This document shows positions 10,022-19,053 of a DNA stretch of 63,190 bases, piece after piece. A model generated the notes under the pieces. That model worked only from the letters and a program-made list of their open reading frames with translations, was not told the origin of the DNA and searched no databases. The translations under genes were made by a program, and so were the position numbers. Each line of letters starts with the position of its first letter. Position 1 is the stretch's first letter. Origin of the DNA: an uncultured Pseudobdellovibrionaceae bacterium (GTDB lineage: Bacteria > Pseudomonadota > Alphaproteobacteria > Micavibrionales > Micavibrionaceae); NCBI GenBank assembly GCA_964654245.1, contig CAZZGO010000001.1:1-63190 (forward strand), given 5' to 3'.

Positions 10022-10042
10022 TGCCCCGAAGATTGCAGATTT

Positions 10043-10072
10043 AAAAAAAACCGGCCGAAAGGCCGGTTTTTT
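10043..10072. terminator. bidirectional rho-independent terminator between dksA and flgH
   Basis: A8 run, ccggcc-gaaa-ggccgg hairpin (10051..10066), then T6. Confidence 0.7.
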
Positions 10073-10096
10073 GCATCAAAGGAGGAGAGGTATCAC

Positions 10097-10840
10097 TTAG
10101 AAAGGAAACAGAACATCAAATACCTGTTGTCCATAGCGAGGTTGCTGAACATCTGTAATCTGGCCTTTGCCGCCATAGGAGATACGGGCTTCGGCGATTT
10201 TGTCGTATGAAATGGTATTCCCAATCGTGATATCCTGAGGACGGATAACACCGGCCAGTTCCAGAATACGCTTTTCAAAATTCACCCGTACTTCCTGACG
10301 GCCTTGGATGACCATATTACCGTTTGGAAGAACCTGTGTAATCATCGCGGCCAGTTTCAAATCAATTTTTTCTTCGCGGTCAATGGACCCTTCACCGGTA
10401 TGGTTGGATGTGGCCTGCGCGTCGGCCAGACTAGCATTATTGATGGCTTCGGGGAGAACTTTATCCAATGCCTGTTCATATCCCAAAAAGGCATCCAGAC
10501 CTGCCGATTCATTCGAATTGCGGCGGCGTTCGGTTTCATTGTCTAGCTCTGCTTTATCCTGAATGTCAATCATAACGGTCAAGACATCACCCACATCGGC
10601 GGCACGTTGATCTTTGAAAAAAGCCTGACGGTCACTTCCCCATAAGGAATTCTTTTCGCGTGTGACGATTTTGGGGGCAGGCATCGGCATGGAAACAGGA
10701 CGATAACCTTCGGTAGCAGTGGGGTTTTCAATCGGTGCCATCTCGGGCGCCTTTCCAACGCTGGCCAGACGGTCTGCCGCGGTACAGCCCGATAAAACCA
10801 CCAGAGAAGCGGATAGAAGCAGGGCGTATGATGTTTTCAT
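10097..10840 (-). CDS. flgH: flagellar L-ring lipoprotein FlgH
   Basis: The ORF was trimmed to ATG 10840 (MKTSYALLLSASLVVLSGC lipobox). The conserved FlgH core is LWGSDRQAFFKDQRAADVGDVLTVMI...ITQVLPNGNMVIQGRQEVRVN. Confidence 0.9.
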   Translation of the reverse strand: MKTSYALLLSASLVVLSGCTAADRLASVGKAPEMAPIENPTATEGYRPVSMPMPAPKIVTREKNSLWGSDRQAFFKDQRAADVGDVLTVMIDIQDKAELDNETERRRNSNESAGLDAFLGYEQALDKVLPEAINNASLADAQATSNHTGEGSIDREEKIDLKLAAMITQVLPNGNMVIQGRQEVRVNFEKRILELAGVIRPQDITIGNTISYDKIAEARISYGGKGQITDVQQPRYGQQVFDVLFPF

Positions 10841-10871
10841 GTGTGTTCTCCTGATAAACGTATAAATCAAC

Positions 10872-11840
10872 CTAGCGGACGGTAACTTCTTGGGCTCCGG
10901 TAATGACTCCATCCACGGATTTACTGCTGTTTAAATTCGTGACCTGAACCAGATCACCTTTGGCACCGCCATGAAGGGCTTTACCTTTGGTGGTCAGCAC
11001 CAAAGGACCATCGTTAAAAACAAGGGTGACAGTTTGACCGCGTCCCACGATTTGCGGGTGTTCCATGTCATGACCAGACAGGGGCTTGCCGCCATACGCA
11101 ATGCGCCGAGGTGTCATCCCAACCAAGGTTTCAGATTTCAAAATGACGTCCTTGCCAACTTGCGCTAAAGGCATTTCCATCATATCAATATCCCCGGCGC
11201 CAATCACATCGCCATTTTGTAAGGTAGTTTTCAGAACGGGTACGGATATCTTGCGTTCAATTTGTCCCATCACCGAAATTTTACGGATTGGTTTGTCGAG
11301 TGAGGGCGCGACCAAATTAGCTTCGAAATAATCATTCTGCGGGTTAAACCGAATATCGGATACTGCCAATGTTTGGGGCAGGGTATCCGGCAGGATGATA
11401 TCTTTTGCGCCAGACACGTTAATATCAAAACTGCCTGTCACACCTTCTTGGGTTAAGGCGGCGCGCAGAGCGTCTTGGATCTTGCTTTCAGGGATGATGG
11501 TGGCCGCACGCCGGATAGTAATTTGTTCTGCAGATGTTGCCGGGCGCCAATCCAAATCCATCGCACTGGCGATACGGTATAATGTTCGCGCATTCAACAC
11601 CATTTCCTGACCCGGCTGCGGGGCAGGGCCAATCACATAATCCGCGTTATGTTTGAGCCCATCAAAAAGATCCCCCAGTTTCAACGTATCCCGGTCGATG
11701 ATGGATATTTCTTTTAAACTGGCCGCCGTGGCTTTTTGTGCGCCGACAATCAGGATGCAGACACTTAAGGACAATGCCAGTGTAAACAGGACAATTTTAA
11801 GTGTCAGTTCGGTTTTTGGCCAGATATCAGAAAAATTCAT
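10872..11840 (-). CDS. flgA: flagellar basal-body P-ring formation chaperone FlgA
   Basis: 322 aa with a signal/anchor sequence. The C-terminal SAF-like block is GQTVTLVFNDGPLVLTTKGKALHGGAKGDLVQVTNLNSSKSVDGVITGAQEVTV. It lies between flgG and flgH. Confidence 0.8.
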   Translation of the reverse strand: MNFSDIWPKTELTLKIVLFTLALSLSVCILIVGAQKATAASLKEISIIDRDTLKLGDLFDGLKHNADYVIGPAPQPGQEMVLNARTLYRIASAMDLDWRPATSAEQITIRRAATIIPESKIQDALRAALTQEGVTGSFDINVSGAKDIILPDTLPQTLAVSDIRFNPQNDYFEANLVAPSLDKPIRKISVMGQIERKISVPVLKTTLQNGDVIGAGDIDMMEMPLAQVGKDVILKSETLVGMTPRRIAYGGKPLSGHDMEHPQIVGRGQTVTLVFNDGPLVLTTKGKALHGGAKGDLVQVTNLNSSKSVDGVITGAQEVTVR

Positions 11841-11865
11841 CTATGTCTCCTGCGTGTCTATCCGG

Positions 11866-12657
11866 TTATCGTAACTGCGTGATGGTCTGAAGCATTTCAT
11901 CACTGGTTGAAATGACATTTGAATTCATTTCATACGCGCGTTGAGCCGCAATCAGATTTGTAATTTCTTCGACAATATTCACGTTGGAATTCTCCAGTGC
12001 GCCTTGGCGTATTTCACCAAAATCGTCTGAATCCGGGTTGCCTGTCACAGGCGTTCCCGAGGCATCGGTTTCTAAAAACAGGGTATCTCCGATGGCGTTT
12101 AATCCGGCGGGGTTGATAAACGCGGCTAATTGAATTTGTCCGATATTCTGTGTGGCGACCTGACCGGGGAGCGTGACGAGCACCTCACCGGATTGATTGA
12201 CCGTAATGCTGGTGGCGTCTTGCGGTACAGTCAAGCCGGGCTGAAGTTCATATCCCTGTGCATTTACAATTTGTCCATTGTCATTTGTTTGAAAGACCCC
12301 GGAGCGTGTATAGGCGGTTGTCCCATCGGGCAGGGTGATCTGGTAATACCCTTTGCCGGTAATCGCCAAATCAAGCGGGTTTTCCGTCATCTTGATAGTG
12401 CCTTGTTCATGAAGACGGTAGATGGAGCCTAAGGACACACCCAAACCAAATTGCATCCCCGAAGGCACGATCGTTCCCACATCAGACGATGTACTACCTG
12501 GGCGTTGTTTGTTTTGGTAGATCAAGTCATGGAATTCAGCGCGCTGGCGTTTGAACCCAGATGTCGTGACGTTGGCGATGTTGTTGGATATGACATCCAC
12601 ATTCATCTGTTGTGCCAGCATCCCTGTGGCGCCGATATCTAAAGAACGTGTGACCAT
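11866..12657 (-). CDS. flgG: flagellar distal rod protein FlgG
   Basis: 263 aa with MVTRSLDIGATGMLAQQMNVDVISNNIANVTTSGFKR and the C-terminal LIAAQRAYEMNSNVISTSDEMLQTITQL. Confidence 0.93.
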   Translation of the reverse strand: MVTRSLDIGATGMLAQQMNVDVISNNIANVTTSGFKRQRAEFHDLIYQNKQRPGSTSSDVGTIVPSGMQFGLGVSLGSIYRLHEQGTIKMTENPLDLAITGKGYYQITLPDGTTAYTRSGVFQTNDNGQIVNAQGYELQPGLTVPQDATSITVNQSGEVLVTLPGQVATQNIGQIQLAAFINPAGLNAIGDTLFLETDASGTPVTGNPDSDDFGEIRQGALENSNVNIVEEITNLIAAQRAYEMNSNVISTSDEMLQTITQLR

Positions 12658-12684
12658 GTGACTTTCTCCTTAAAATCTAAAATA

Positions 12685-13410
12685 TTATGTGCCAGCGCGC
12701 GATAAACGTTGAATTGCGGTTCTCATCCGGTCATGTTCGGATTGCACGATCCGTTGCATGGATTGATAATCACGTAGCACATCAATCATCCGGGTCATTT
12801 CAACCACGGCCTGAACATTTGATCCTTCGATTTTGCCTTGGATCACGGTTGTTTTTTCGGCTGGAACGCCGGGCTCATCTGTCACATATAGGCCATTGCC
12901 GGCAGGATTTATTTTTTGAAGATCGGTGAATTCCTTGATCATTAATTGTCCTACCTGACCTTCGTCCGTGGATACAACCCCTTTTTTGTCGATATAGACA
13001 TTTTGGGCGGTGCTGGGGATGGTGATCGTGCCGCCGCCCGCAGAGGCAACCGGCATTCCCCGCGCATTGACCAATACCCCTTCGGCTGTTTTGGATAGAT
13101 TGCCCGCGCGGGTATATTGAACGCCGGACGGCGTCGATATCCCCATAAAGCCGGGGCCGATTAACGCGACATCCAAGGGGTTGCCGGTGGTTTTAACGGG
13201 GCCCGGATCCGTGACTTGATATTGACCGTAATCCAAAACCATCGACATGGATTCTTTCATGCCGCGCGGTTTTGAGAGATATTCATCGAAGATCATATTC
13301 TGTGCGCGAAAACCCGGCGTGCCAAGATTGGCCACGTTATTGGACACAATGCTCATCTTTTCCTGAAGCGCGATTTGGCTTGAAAGGCTAATATAAAGTG
13401 AATTTTCCAT
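12685..13410 (-). CDS. flgF: flagellar proximal rod protein FlgF
   Basis: The ORF was trimmed to ATG 13410 (MENSLYISLSSQIALQEKMSIVSNNVANLGTPGFR). It has rod-family C-terminal helices and lies upstream of flgG. Confidence 0.88.
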   Translation of the reverse strand: MENSLYISLSSQIALQEKMSIVSNNVANLGTPGFRAQNMIFDEYLSKPRGMKESMSMVLDYGQYQVTDPGPVKTTGNPLDVALIGPGFMGISTPSGVQYTRAGNLSKTAEGVLVNARGMPVASAGGGTITIPSTAQNVYIDKKGVVSTDEGQVGQLMIKEFTDLQKINPAGNGLYVTDEPGVPAEKTTVIQGKIEGSNVQAVVEMTRMIDVLRDYQSMQRIVQSEHDRMRTAIQRLSRAGT

Positions 13411-13442
13411 CGCATGTACCCTTGTTGTTCGGGTTTTATAAT

Positions 13443-13457
13443 GCGAAGCCCGTGCCA
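13443..13457 (-). promoter_or_regulatory. sigma-54 (-24/-12) type promoter upstream of flgF
   Basis: The minus strand reads TGGCAC-GGGCT-TCGCA. The -12 element is about 33 nt upstream of the flgF ATG, and AAGGG sits before the ATG. Confidence 0.55.
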
Positions 13458-13693
13458 CAGAAAAAACCAAGGTAAATCAAGCCTTTCAACCCACATGACG
13501 GGCGTGACCTGTTTTGGACTTACGGTAAAGCCTGCAGGGTGATCCCGAGTCGGGGGGAAAAAAATGCCGCCCTGTTTTTTCGTGTCAATATAATGTGTTG
13601 GCCTGTAGATGCGGCTTGGTCATTGGCGTTAAATTCCTTATGATTGAGTGAGGTGATTGAATCAGGATTAATTTTTGATATCGGGATAAAACC

Positions 13694-14311
13694 ATGGCCG
13701 CCAAAAAAGAAACTCAAAAATCGAAAGACGAAGGGGAGATGAATGCTTCGTTAGATGCGCCTGCTCCCGCAGAAGGGGATCCACTCGGAGAAGAAGGCAA
13801 ATCTAAATTCGATGCCAAAAAGATTATCCTCTTTGTTGTCCTGCCGATTTTATTGCTGGGCGGCGGCGGTGCCGGGCTTTATTTCTCTGGTATGCTGGAT
13901 TCCGTCTTGGGGAAAGGAGACGCCGCGCAAGAGTCTTCCGAGGCGGGCGCACACGGGGAAAAGGCCAAAGGTGATGGCCATGGCGGTGAAGCGGGCGTGG
14001 CCTCAGGGCCGGCTTTTATCAAAATCCCGGATATGGTTGTCAATTTAAGCGGGAGCGATGCCCAGCCCCGTTATTTAAGATTATCTGTTCAACTGGAGCT
14101 GAAAGATTCTGGGGATACGGCCTCTATCGAAGCCGTTATGCCGCGGGTCGTCGATCAATTCCAAACCTATTTACGTGAATTGCGGGTTAAGGATTTACGC
14201 GGGTCTGCCGGCATATACCGCCTTCAGATGGAATTGCTGTCTCGGGTGAATGCCGCCGCGTATCCGGTCGAGGTGAAGGATGTGCTGTTTCAGGAAATTT
14301 TGATACAATAA
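13694..14311 (+). CDS. fliL: flagellar basal body-associated protein FliL
   Basis: 205 aa with a single TM helix (IILFVVLPILLLGGGGAGLYF) and a FliL C-terminal domain (FIKIPDMVVNL...RYLRLSVQLEL...MPRVVDQFQTYLRELR). It lies upstream of fliM. Confidence 0.85.
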   Translation: MAAKKETQKSKDEGEMNASLDAPAPAEGDPLGEEGKSKFDAKKIILFVVLPILLLGGGGAGLYFSGMLDSVLGKGDAAQESSEAGAHGEKAKGDGHGGEAGVASGPAFIKIPDMVVNLSGSDAQPRYLRLSVQLELKDSGDTASIEAVMPRVVDQFQTYLRELRVKDLRGSAGIYRLQMELLSRVNAAAYPVEVKDVLFQEILIQ

Positions 14312-14380
14312 GACGGTACCCCCCGAATGACCCGACTTGTGGTATAATAAAGGATATTTTTCGTAAAAAAATGCCGAGTT

Positions 14381-14395
14381 CGGCATGGTTTTTGC
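14381..14395 (+). promoter_or_regulatory. weak sigma-54-like element upstream of fliM (overlaps a small hairpin)
   Basis: cGGCAT-GGTTT-TTGC has correct GG-N10-GC spacing and two mismatches, 68 nt before the fliM GTG. It overlaps the tgccg-agtt-cggca hairpin (14372..14385), which could instead be a weak fliL terminator. Confidence 0.3.
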
Positions 14396-14462
14396 GAAAC
14401 ATATATATCAGAATCTAACGGTTTGAACGATCGCGTTTAAATAACAAGATAGGATCAGGGCT

Positions 14463-15577
14463 GTGAACGACACGAAAACCGATGATCTCGCCGGGATGAG
14501 CGAAGAAGAAAAGGCCATGATGGCCGAATGGGAGAAAATGTCGGGGGATGCGCCGGCAGGTGATCCTATGTCGGGGGGGGCAGACGTCGAAGATGATGGT
14601 GCCGCCCGCATTCTCAACCAAGATGAAATTGATTCCCTGCTGGGGTTTGATGATAGTGGGTTAGGCCGTGGTGAAACATCCGGCGTGATGGCATTGATTA
14701 ATTCGGCCATGGTGAACTATGAACGTTTGCCGATGCTAGATATTGTTTTTGACCGGCTGGTGCGGTTGATGTCTACGTCGCTTCGAAATTTGACATCCGA
14801 TAACGTTGAAGTATCTCTGGATCAAGTATCCACGGTTCGTTTTGGTGACTATTTGAATTCTATTCCGCTCCCGGCGTTGTTATCAGTCTATAAGGCCGAA
14901 GAATGGGATAATAGCGGGCTGATGGTCACGGATAGTGCACTTATTTACTCGATTGTCGATGTATTGCTGGGGGGGCGAAAAGGAACCCCCGCCATTCGGG
15001 TGGAAGGCAGACCCTACACCACCATTGAAACCAAACTGGTTGAGCGGATGGTGGGCGTTTCTTTAAGTGATCTATCGTCGGCTTTTGATCCGCTCTCTCC
15101 CGTCAGTTTTACGTTAGAGCGTATGGAAACCAATCCCCGCTTTGCCACCATCACCCAGTCAGGCAATGCCTGTGTTCTGGCGCGGCTTCGGGTGGATATG
15201 GGGGATCGGGGGGGGGGCGAATTGAAATTCTTATTCCGTATGCGACCCTCGAGCCGATCCGTGAATTACTACTTCAGATGTTCATGGGGGAAAAATTTGG
15301 GCGCGATTCCATCTGGGAAACCCATTTGACGCAGGAATTATACCAAACAGATGTATCCTTGCAGGCGATTTTAGGTGAAATTACAGTCCCGCTGAGGGAT
15401 TTGATTCACTGGAAAAAGGGATCACAGATTATTTTAAACACCTATGTGGGGGATGAACTGGAACTTCGGTGCGGTCATGTGCCGATGTTTAAAGGGCCTG
15501 TTGGCCAGAGACTTGAAAATCTGGCTGTCAAAATTGAAAAATATATTCCGCCGGAGGAAGAAAGCCGCGAGAGATGA
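14463..15577 (+). pseudogene. fliM: flagellar motor switch protein FliM, reading frame broken at a G10 tract (ORFs 14463..15329 and 15278..15577)
   Basis: The N-terminal ORF has RILNQDEIDSLLGFDD and the FliM middle domain. The downstream ORF, in another frame, has the SpoA-like C-terminus. Reading ...DMGDRGG(G)RIEILIPYATLEPIRELLLQMFMGEKFGRD requires 11 (or 8) Gs where 10 are present. Confidence 0.85.
15208..15217 (+). repeat. G10 homopolymer inside fliM (site of the frameshift)
   Basis: Read directly as gatc-gggggggggg-cgaatt. It is the longest homopolymer G/C run I noticed in the window. Confidence 0.95.
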
Positions 15578-16272
15578 GTATTAATCTGAGTTTTATTCTG
15601 GATATCGTCATTTTACTTTTGCTTGCGGCCACAGTGTTTTATACGGCGCGCCTTTCTTATTTCATGAGCCATTTTCGTCAAGGCCGCCATGAAATGGGTA
15701 AATTACTCGCGGATCTGTCCCGGCAGGTAACGCAGGCCGAAACAGCCATGGCAGGCATGCGTCAAGTGGCAGAAAAATCAGGCGCAGAGCTTCAAGAAAT
15801 CATCAATGAATCCAAATTCTTATCAGACGAACTTCGTTTTATGAACGAATCAGGCGACAACCTTGCCAACCGTCTGGAAAAACTGGCGGATCGTCACCGT
15901 GAACTGGTGGGCATCATCGATGGTGTTGGGGGTGATAAATCCGCGCCGCGCCCGCGTTCTATTTCGGTGCCGCCGCCGTCTTTTTTGGTGCCGGAGGAAT
16001 TTACAAGAACAGAAAAGCCTGCTCCCCAAAAAGTTAAAGAATCTGTTGCGGCGGCTGGTGCTGAAAGCCGGGGCGGATTTGCCATCCGCGATCCTGACTT
16101 CGATGCTGAAGAAGCAGACGATATATATGCCTTTGAGCGTGAGAGTGATCCCTTCTTGAAAGATACGTTTCCTGACGATCAAGGGGCGGGTTTATTATCC
16201 CAAGCTGAAAAAGATCTGTATGATGCGCTTCAGCGTGGACGGCAAACCAAAAAATCTGGATATTCACGATAG
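15574..16272 (+). CDS. membrane-anchored coiled-coil protein of the flagellar cluster (unknown function)
   Basis: 232 aa. The ATG overlaps the fliM stop (ATGA). It has an N-terminal TM helix (ILDIVILLLLAATVFYTA), a coiled coil, and an acidic/Pro-rich tail. Confidence 0.5.
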   Translation: MSINLSFILDIVILLLLAATVFYTARLSYFMSHFRQGRHEMGKLLADLSRQVTQAETAMAGMRQVAEKSGAELQEIINESKFLSDELRFMNESGDNLANRLEKLADRHRELVGIIDGVGGDKSAPRPRSISVPPPSFLVPEEFTRTEKPAPQKVKESVAAAGAESRGGFAIRDPDFDAEEADDIYAFERESDPFLKDTFPDDQGAGLLSQAEKDLYDALQRGRQTKKSGYSR

Positions 16273-16286
16273 AAAGTCTTTAATCA

Positions 16287-17126
16287 ATGTCGTTTCTTGT
16301 CAGTAGATTTAGTCTTTTGCCCGTGCTCGTGATCGTAGCGGCTCTGGCTTTTGGGGTGCGGTTTGGCGAAGTTGTCTCTGGCAAATCCTATTACGCAGGG
16401 GCATGGGCGCAAACGCCCCCGACCCCCTCTGACGAAGCCCTTTCTGCGCCGTCGTCTGTTCAACCCGCGTCAACACCCCCTGTGACCCAGACGGCGGAAG
16501 ACAGTGCCAAAAAAGCCCAAGAGATGGCCAAAACTCAAACACCGGCTCAAGCCGACGAGGCCAAAAAACCTACTGTCTCCGAAGCAGAAAATAAAAAAGC
16601 GGATGATAAATCCGAGGCCGCGGTTGCAGAAGAATCAACAGATTCGTCATGGAAGGATTCTGGTGATAGTGATCTGGAATTTTCAGATGCGCGCATGGCC
16701 TTGTTCAAGGATTTGTCGGCACGGCGTCAGGATATTGAAAGCCGGGAAAAAGAAGTGGCGTTACGCGAAGCTCTTTTAAAAGCGGGGGAGCAGGAAATTG
16801 ACCAGAAATACAAGGAACTCAGTGCGCTGAAGGCTGAAATTCAGAATTTGCTTAAGCAACAATCCGCCGAAGAAGAAAAGCGGGTGGCCAGTCTGGTTAA
16901 GATATACGAAGGTATGAAGGCCAAAGATGCCGCGCGGATTTTTGATACGCTGGATATGGATGTTCTTCTTCAGGTGTTGGGGCGAATGTCGGAACGAAAA
17001 TCTGCCCCGATTATTGCCGCCATGAGCGCAGAGCGCGCCAGATCCCTCACCGTGATGCTGGCCGAACAAAAACGGTTGCCGGGGCTGGCGGATGATATGC
17101 CGGATGCGGAGCCGGCTACCCCTTAG
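16287..17126 (+). CDS. MotE/FlbB-like flagellar protein (MgtE-N-like C-terminal domain)
   Basis: 279 aa with an N-terminal TM/signal anchor and a Lys/Glu/Ala-rich linker. The C-terminus KIYEGMKAKDAARIFDTLDMDVLLQVLGRMSERKSAPIIAAMSAERA resembles the MotE/FlbB family. Confidence 0.6.
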   Translation: MSFLVSRFSLLPVLVIVAALAFGVRFGEVVSGKSYYAGAWAQTPPTPSDEALSAPSSVQPASTPPVTQTAEDSAKKAQEMAKTQTPAQADEAKKPTVSEAENKKADDKSEAAVAEESTDSSWKDSGDSDLEFSDARMALFKDLSARRQDIESREKEVALREALLKAGEQEIDQKYKELSALKAEIQNLLKQQSAEEEKRVASLVKIYEGMKAKDAARIFDTLDMDVLLQVLGRMSERKSAPIIAAMSAERARSLTVMLAEQKRLPGLADDMPDAEPATP

Positions 17127-17293
17127 ATTTTCTTTTATTCGGGTAAGAATACAATCGTCACCCTTGTGGCTTCACGCCGTGACAGGCTATTTTTGTCATG
17201 ATAAGATACAAGTCTGGCGTTAATGTTTTTTAAACCAGTTTTATTGCATACTTTACCTTCGGTTCGTATTTTTCATCCATTTCATCAAAAAGG

Positions 17294-17695
17294 TTGTTTT
17301 CCGTGTCCGTCAATAAAAACATGAATGTATTGGTTGTTGATGATTATCAGACGATGGTGCGTATCATTAAAAACCTATTGAAACAGATTGGCTTTAATAA
17401 TGTTGACGAAGCCAGTGATGGCACCATGGCACTCGGTATGATTAAGAAAAAACAATATGGTCTGGTGATTTCAGATTGGAACATGGAGCCGATGAGCGGG
17501 CTTGAACTGTTAAAACAGGTGCGCGGGGCGGGGGAGCATTTCAGCGATGTCCCTTTTATTATGGTCACCGCTGAAAGCAAGACAGAAAACGTCATTGCCG
17601 CCCGTCAGGCCGGGGTCAATAATTACATCGTGAAACCGTTTAATGCGGATACACTTAAAACCAAGATTTCTGCTGTCCTCGGGGATTTGGGCTAG
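17294..17695 (+). CDS. cheY: chemotaxis response regulator CheY
   Basis: Single receiver domain: NVLVVDDYQTM..., LVISDWNMEPMSG, FIMVTAE, YIVKPF. The track starts at TTG 17294; ATG 17321 is an equally plausible start. Confidence 0.85.
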   Translation: MFSVSVNKNMNVLVVDDYQTMVRIIKNLLKQIGFNNVDEASDGTMALGMIKKKQYGLVISDWNMEPMSGLELLKQVRGAGEHFSDVPFIMVTAESKTENVIAARQAGVNNYIVKPFNADTLKTKISAVLGDLG

Positions 17696-17698
17696 GTT

Positions 17699-18280
17699 AT
17701 GACTGAAAAATCATATGAACGCGGCAAAGTTGTCGAAATCATTCAGTCTGTCATTCACAAGATGGAAGGCTCTGGGGCGTCGGATCATGAAATACATGCC
17801 GAGCTTGCCGATTTATCCCATATCATTGATCTTCTCCGCCACGACATCGCCCAAAGCCACACCGGAAATCTGAAGCATACCGATATCCCCGGAGCCACGG
17901 ATGAGCTGGATGCCGTTGTTTTGGCGACCGCCGAGGCCACGAATACCATCATGGCCGCATGCGAGGCGATTGAAAAACGCGCCAGCGTGACACAGGACAA
18001 TGCACTTATCGACGAAGTGACACGCATCTATGAAGCCTGTGGATTTCAGGACATCACTGGTCAACGTATTTCAAAAGTTGTCGCCACCTTGCGGCAAATT
18101 GAAACCAAAATCGATCATTTGTTGTCGGCGTTGGATCGCCGGATGGGTCCCATTGATCATGCCGCACCGGCCGCAGATCAACGTCAAGGAGATAAGGCTC
18201 TACTCAATGGCCCCCAAATGCCCGCCAAGGCGGTTTCTCAGGATGATATTGACCGGCTTTTGGCGGAATTCGATAACTAG
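17699..18280 (+). CDS. cheZ: CheY-P phosphatase CheZ
   Basis: 193 aa immediately after cheY. It has ATDELDAVVLATAEATNTIM and the catalytic-type motif ACGFQDITGQRISKV (D...Q). Confidence 0.75.
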   Translation: MTEKSYERGKVVEIIQSVIHKMEGSGASDHEIHAELADLSHIIDLLRHDIAQSHTGNLKHTDIPGATDELDAVVLATAEATNTIMAACEAIEKRASVTQDNALIDEVTRIYEACGFQDITGQRISKVVATLRQIETKIDHLLSALDRRMGPIDHAAPAADQRQGDKALLNGPQMPAKAVSQDDIDRLLAEFDN

Positions 18281-18318
18281 CTCTTGGGCGCAGAGCCGCC
18301 GTCATTTATAATCAGGAT

Positions 18319-19053
18319 ATGAAACGATTTCGCCGCCGGCGTATCCGCCCGTTGGATCATCATGTGCCCAGTGACCTGATGAGCTTATCGCTCTTTATCA
18401 TGTTGCTTGCCTTTTTTATTGTGCTGAATGCCATTTCTTCGTTTGAAGAAAGAAAAGCAAAGCCCGTGATGGAAAGCGTCGAACGCACTTTTTCCAAACA
18501 GGCGATTCAAACGGATGTCAAACCCTCACCGGTTCCTGCGCCCGAAAAATCCATCCGAGAGGGAGAAACAACCGAACGTCTCGATGCGTTGTTTAACGCC
18601 CAGATTTCAGATTTTAAGGTTCAAAAAACAACTCCCTCTATGCCGGGCGTCATGACGGTTGTCCTGCCGCTGGAGGCTTTTTCTTCTGCTATCATGACGC
18701 TGGGGCAGGAAGATTTATCCCGGGCAAGCCTGTTGCCAAAAGATCAGGTTTTCTTTCTGCCGACGTTGGTATCGATTTTAAAAACAGATCGCCAGAAAAC
18801 AGCTTATCGCATGGATATGGTGTTTCATCTGGCGGGTAATCCGGCGCGGGTTCAAAATCAGGCACCAGAAAAAATAGTACCCATCATGAAACAGGCCAGC
18901 GTGATATCAGAAAAAATCCAAGCCGCCGGCATGCCAGAAAAATTGATATCGATTGGCATCGAGCAAGGCGCAGAAGACACCGTGACCCTTTATTTCAGGC
19001 CGCATATGCCTTTTACTTTGGAATCCACAGCGCCGCCCAAGGTTCAACCATGA
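18319..19053 (+). CDS. MotB-N-terminal-like membrane protein lacking an OmpA/peptidoglycan-binding domain
   Basis: 244 aa. The Arg-rich N-terminus is followed by VPSDLMSLSLFIMLLAFFIVL, which resembles the MotB plug/TM segment including the Asp before the helix. No OmpA-like C-terminus is present. The stop overlaps the next gene (ATGA). Confidence 0.4.
   Translation: MKRFRRRRIRPLDHHVPSDLMSLSLFIMLLAFFIVLNAISSFEERKAKPVMESVERTFSKQAIQTDVKPSPVPAPEKSIREGETTERLDALFNAQISDFKVQKTTPSMPGVMTVVLPLEAFSSAIMTLGQEDLSRASLLPKDQVFFLPTLVSILKTDRQKTAYRMDMVFHLAGNPARVQNQAPEKIVPIMKQASVISEKIQAAGMPEKLISIGIEQGAEDTVTLYFRPHMPFTLESTAPPKVQP

Noticed and set aside
13599-13612. TGGCCT...TGC element upstream of fliL as a sigma-54 promoter
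   Set aside because: The GG-to-GC spacing is N9, not N10, and the -24 box is poor.
17220-17233. TTAA-N6-TTAA upstream of cheY as a CtrA box
   Set aside because: The CtrA consensus needs TTAA-N7-TTAA and this spacing is one short. I found no exact N7 site in the intergenic regions I inspected.
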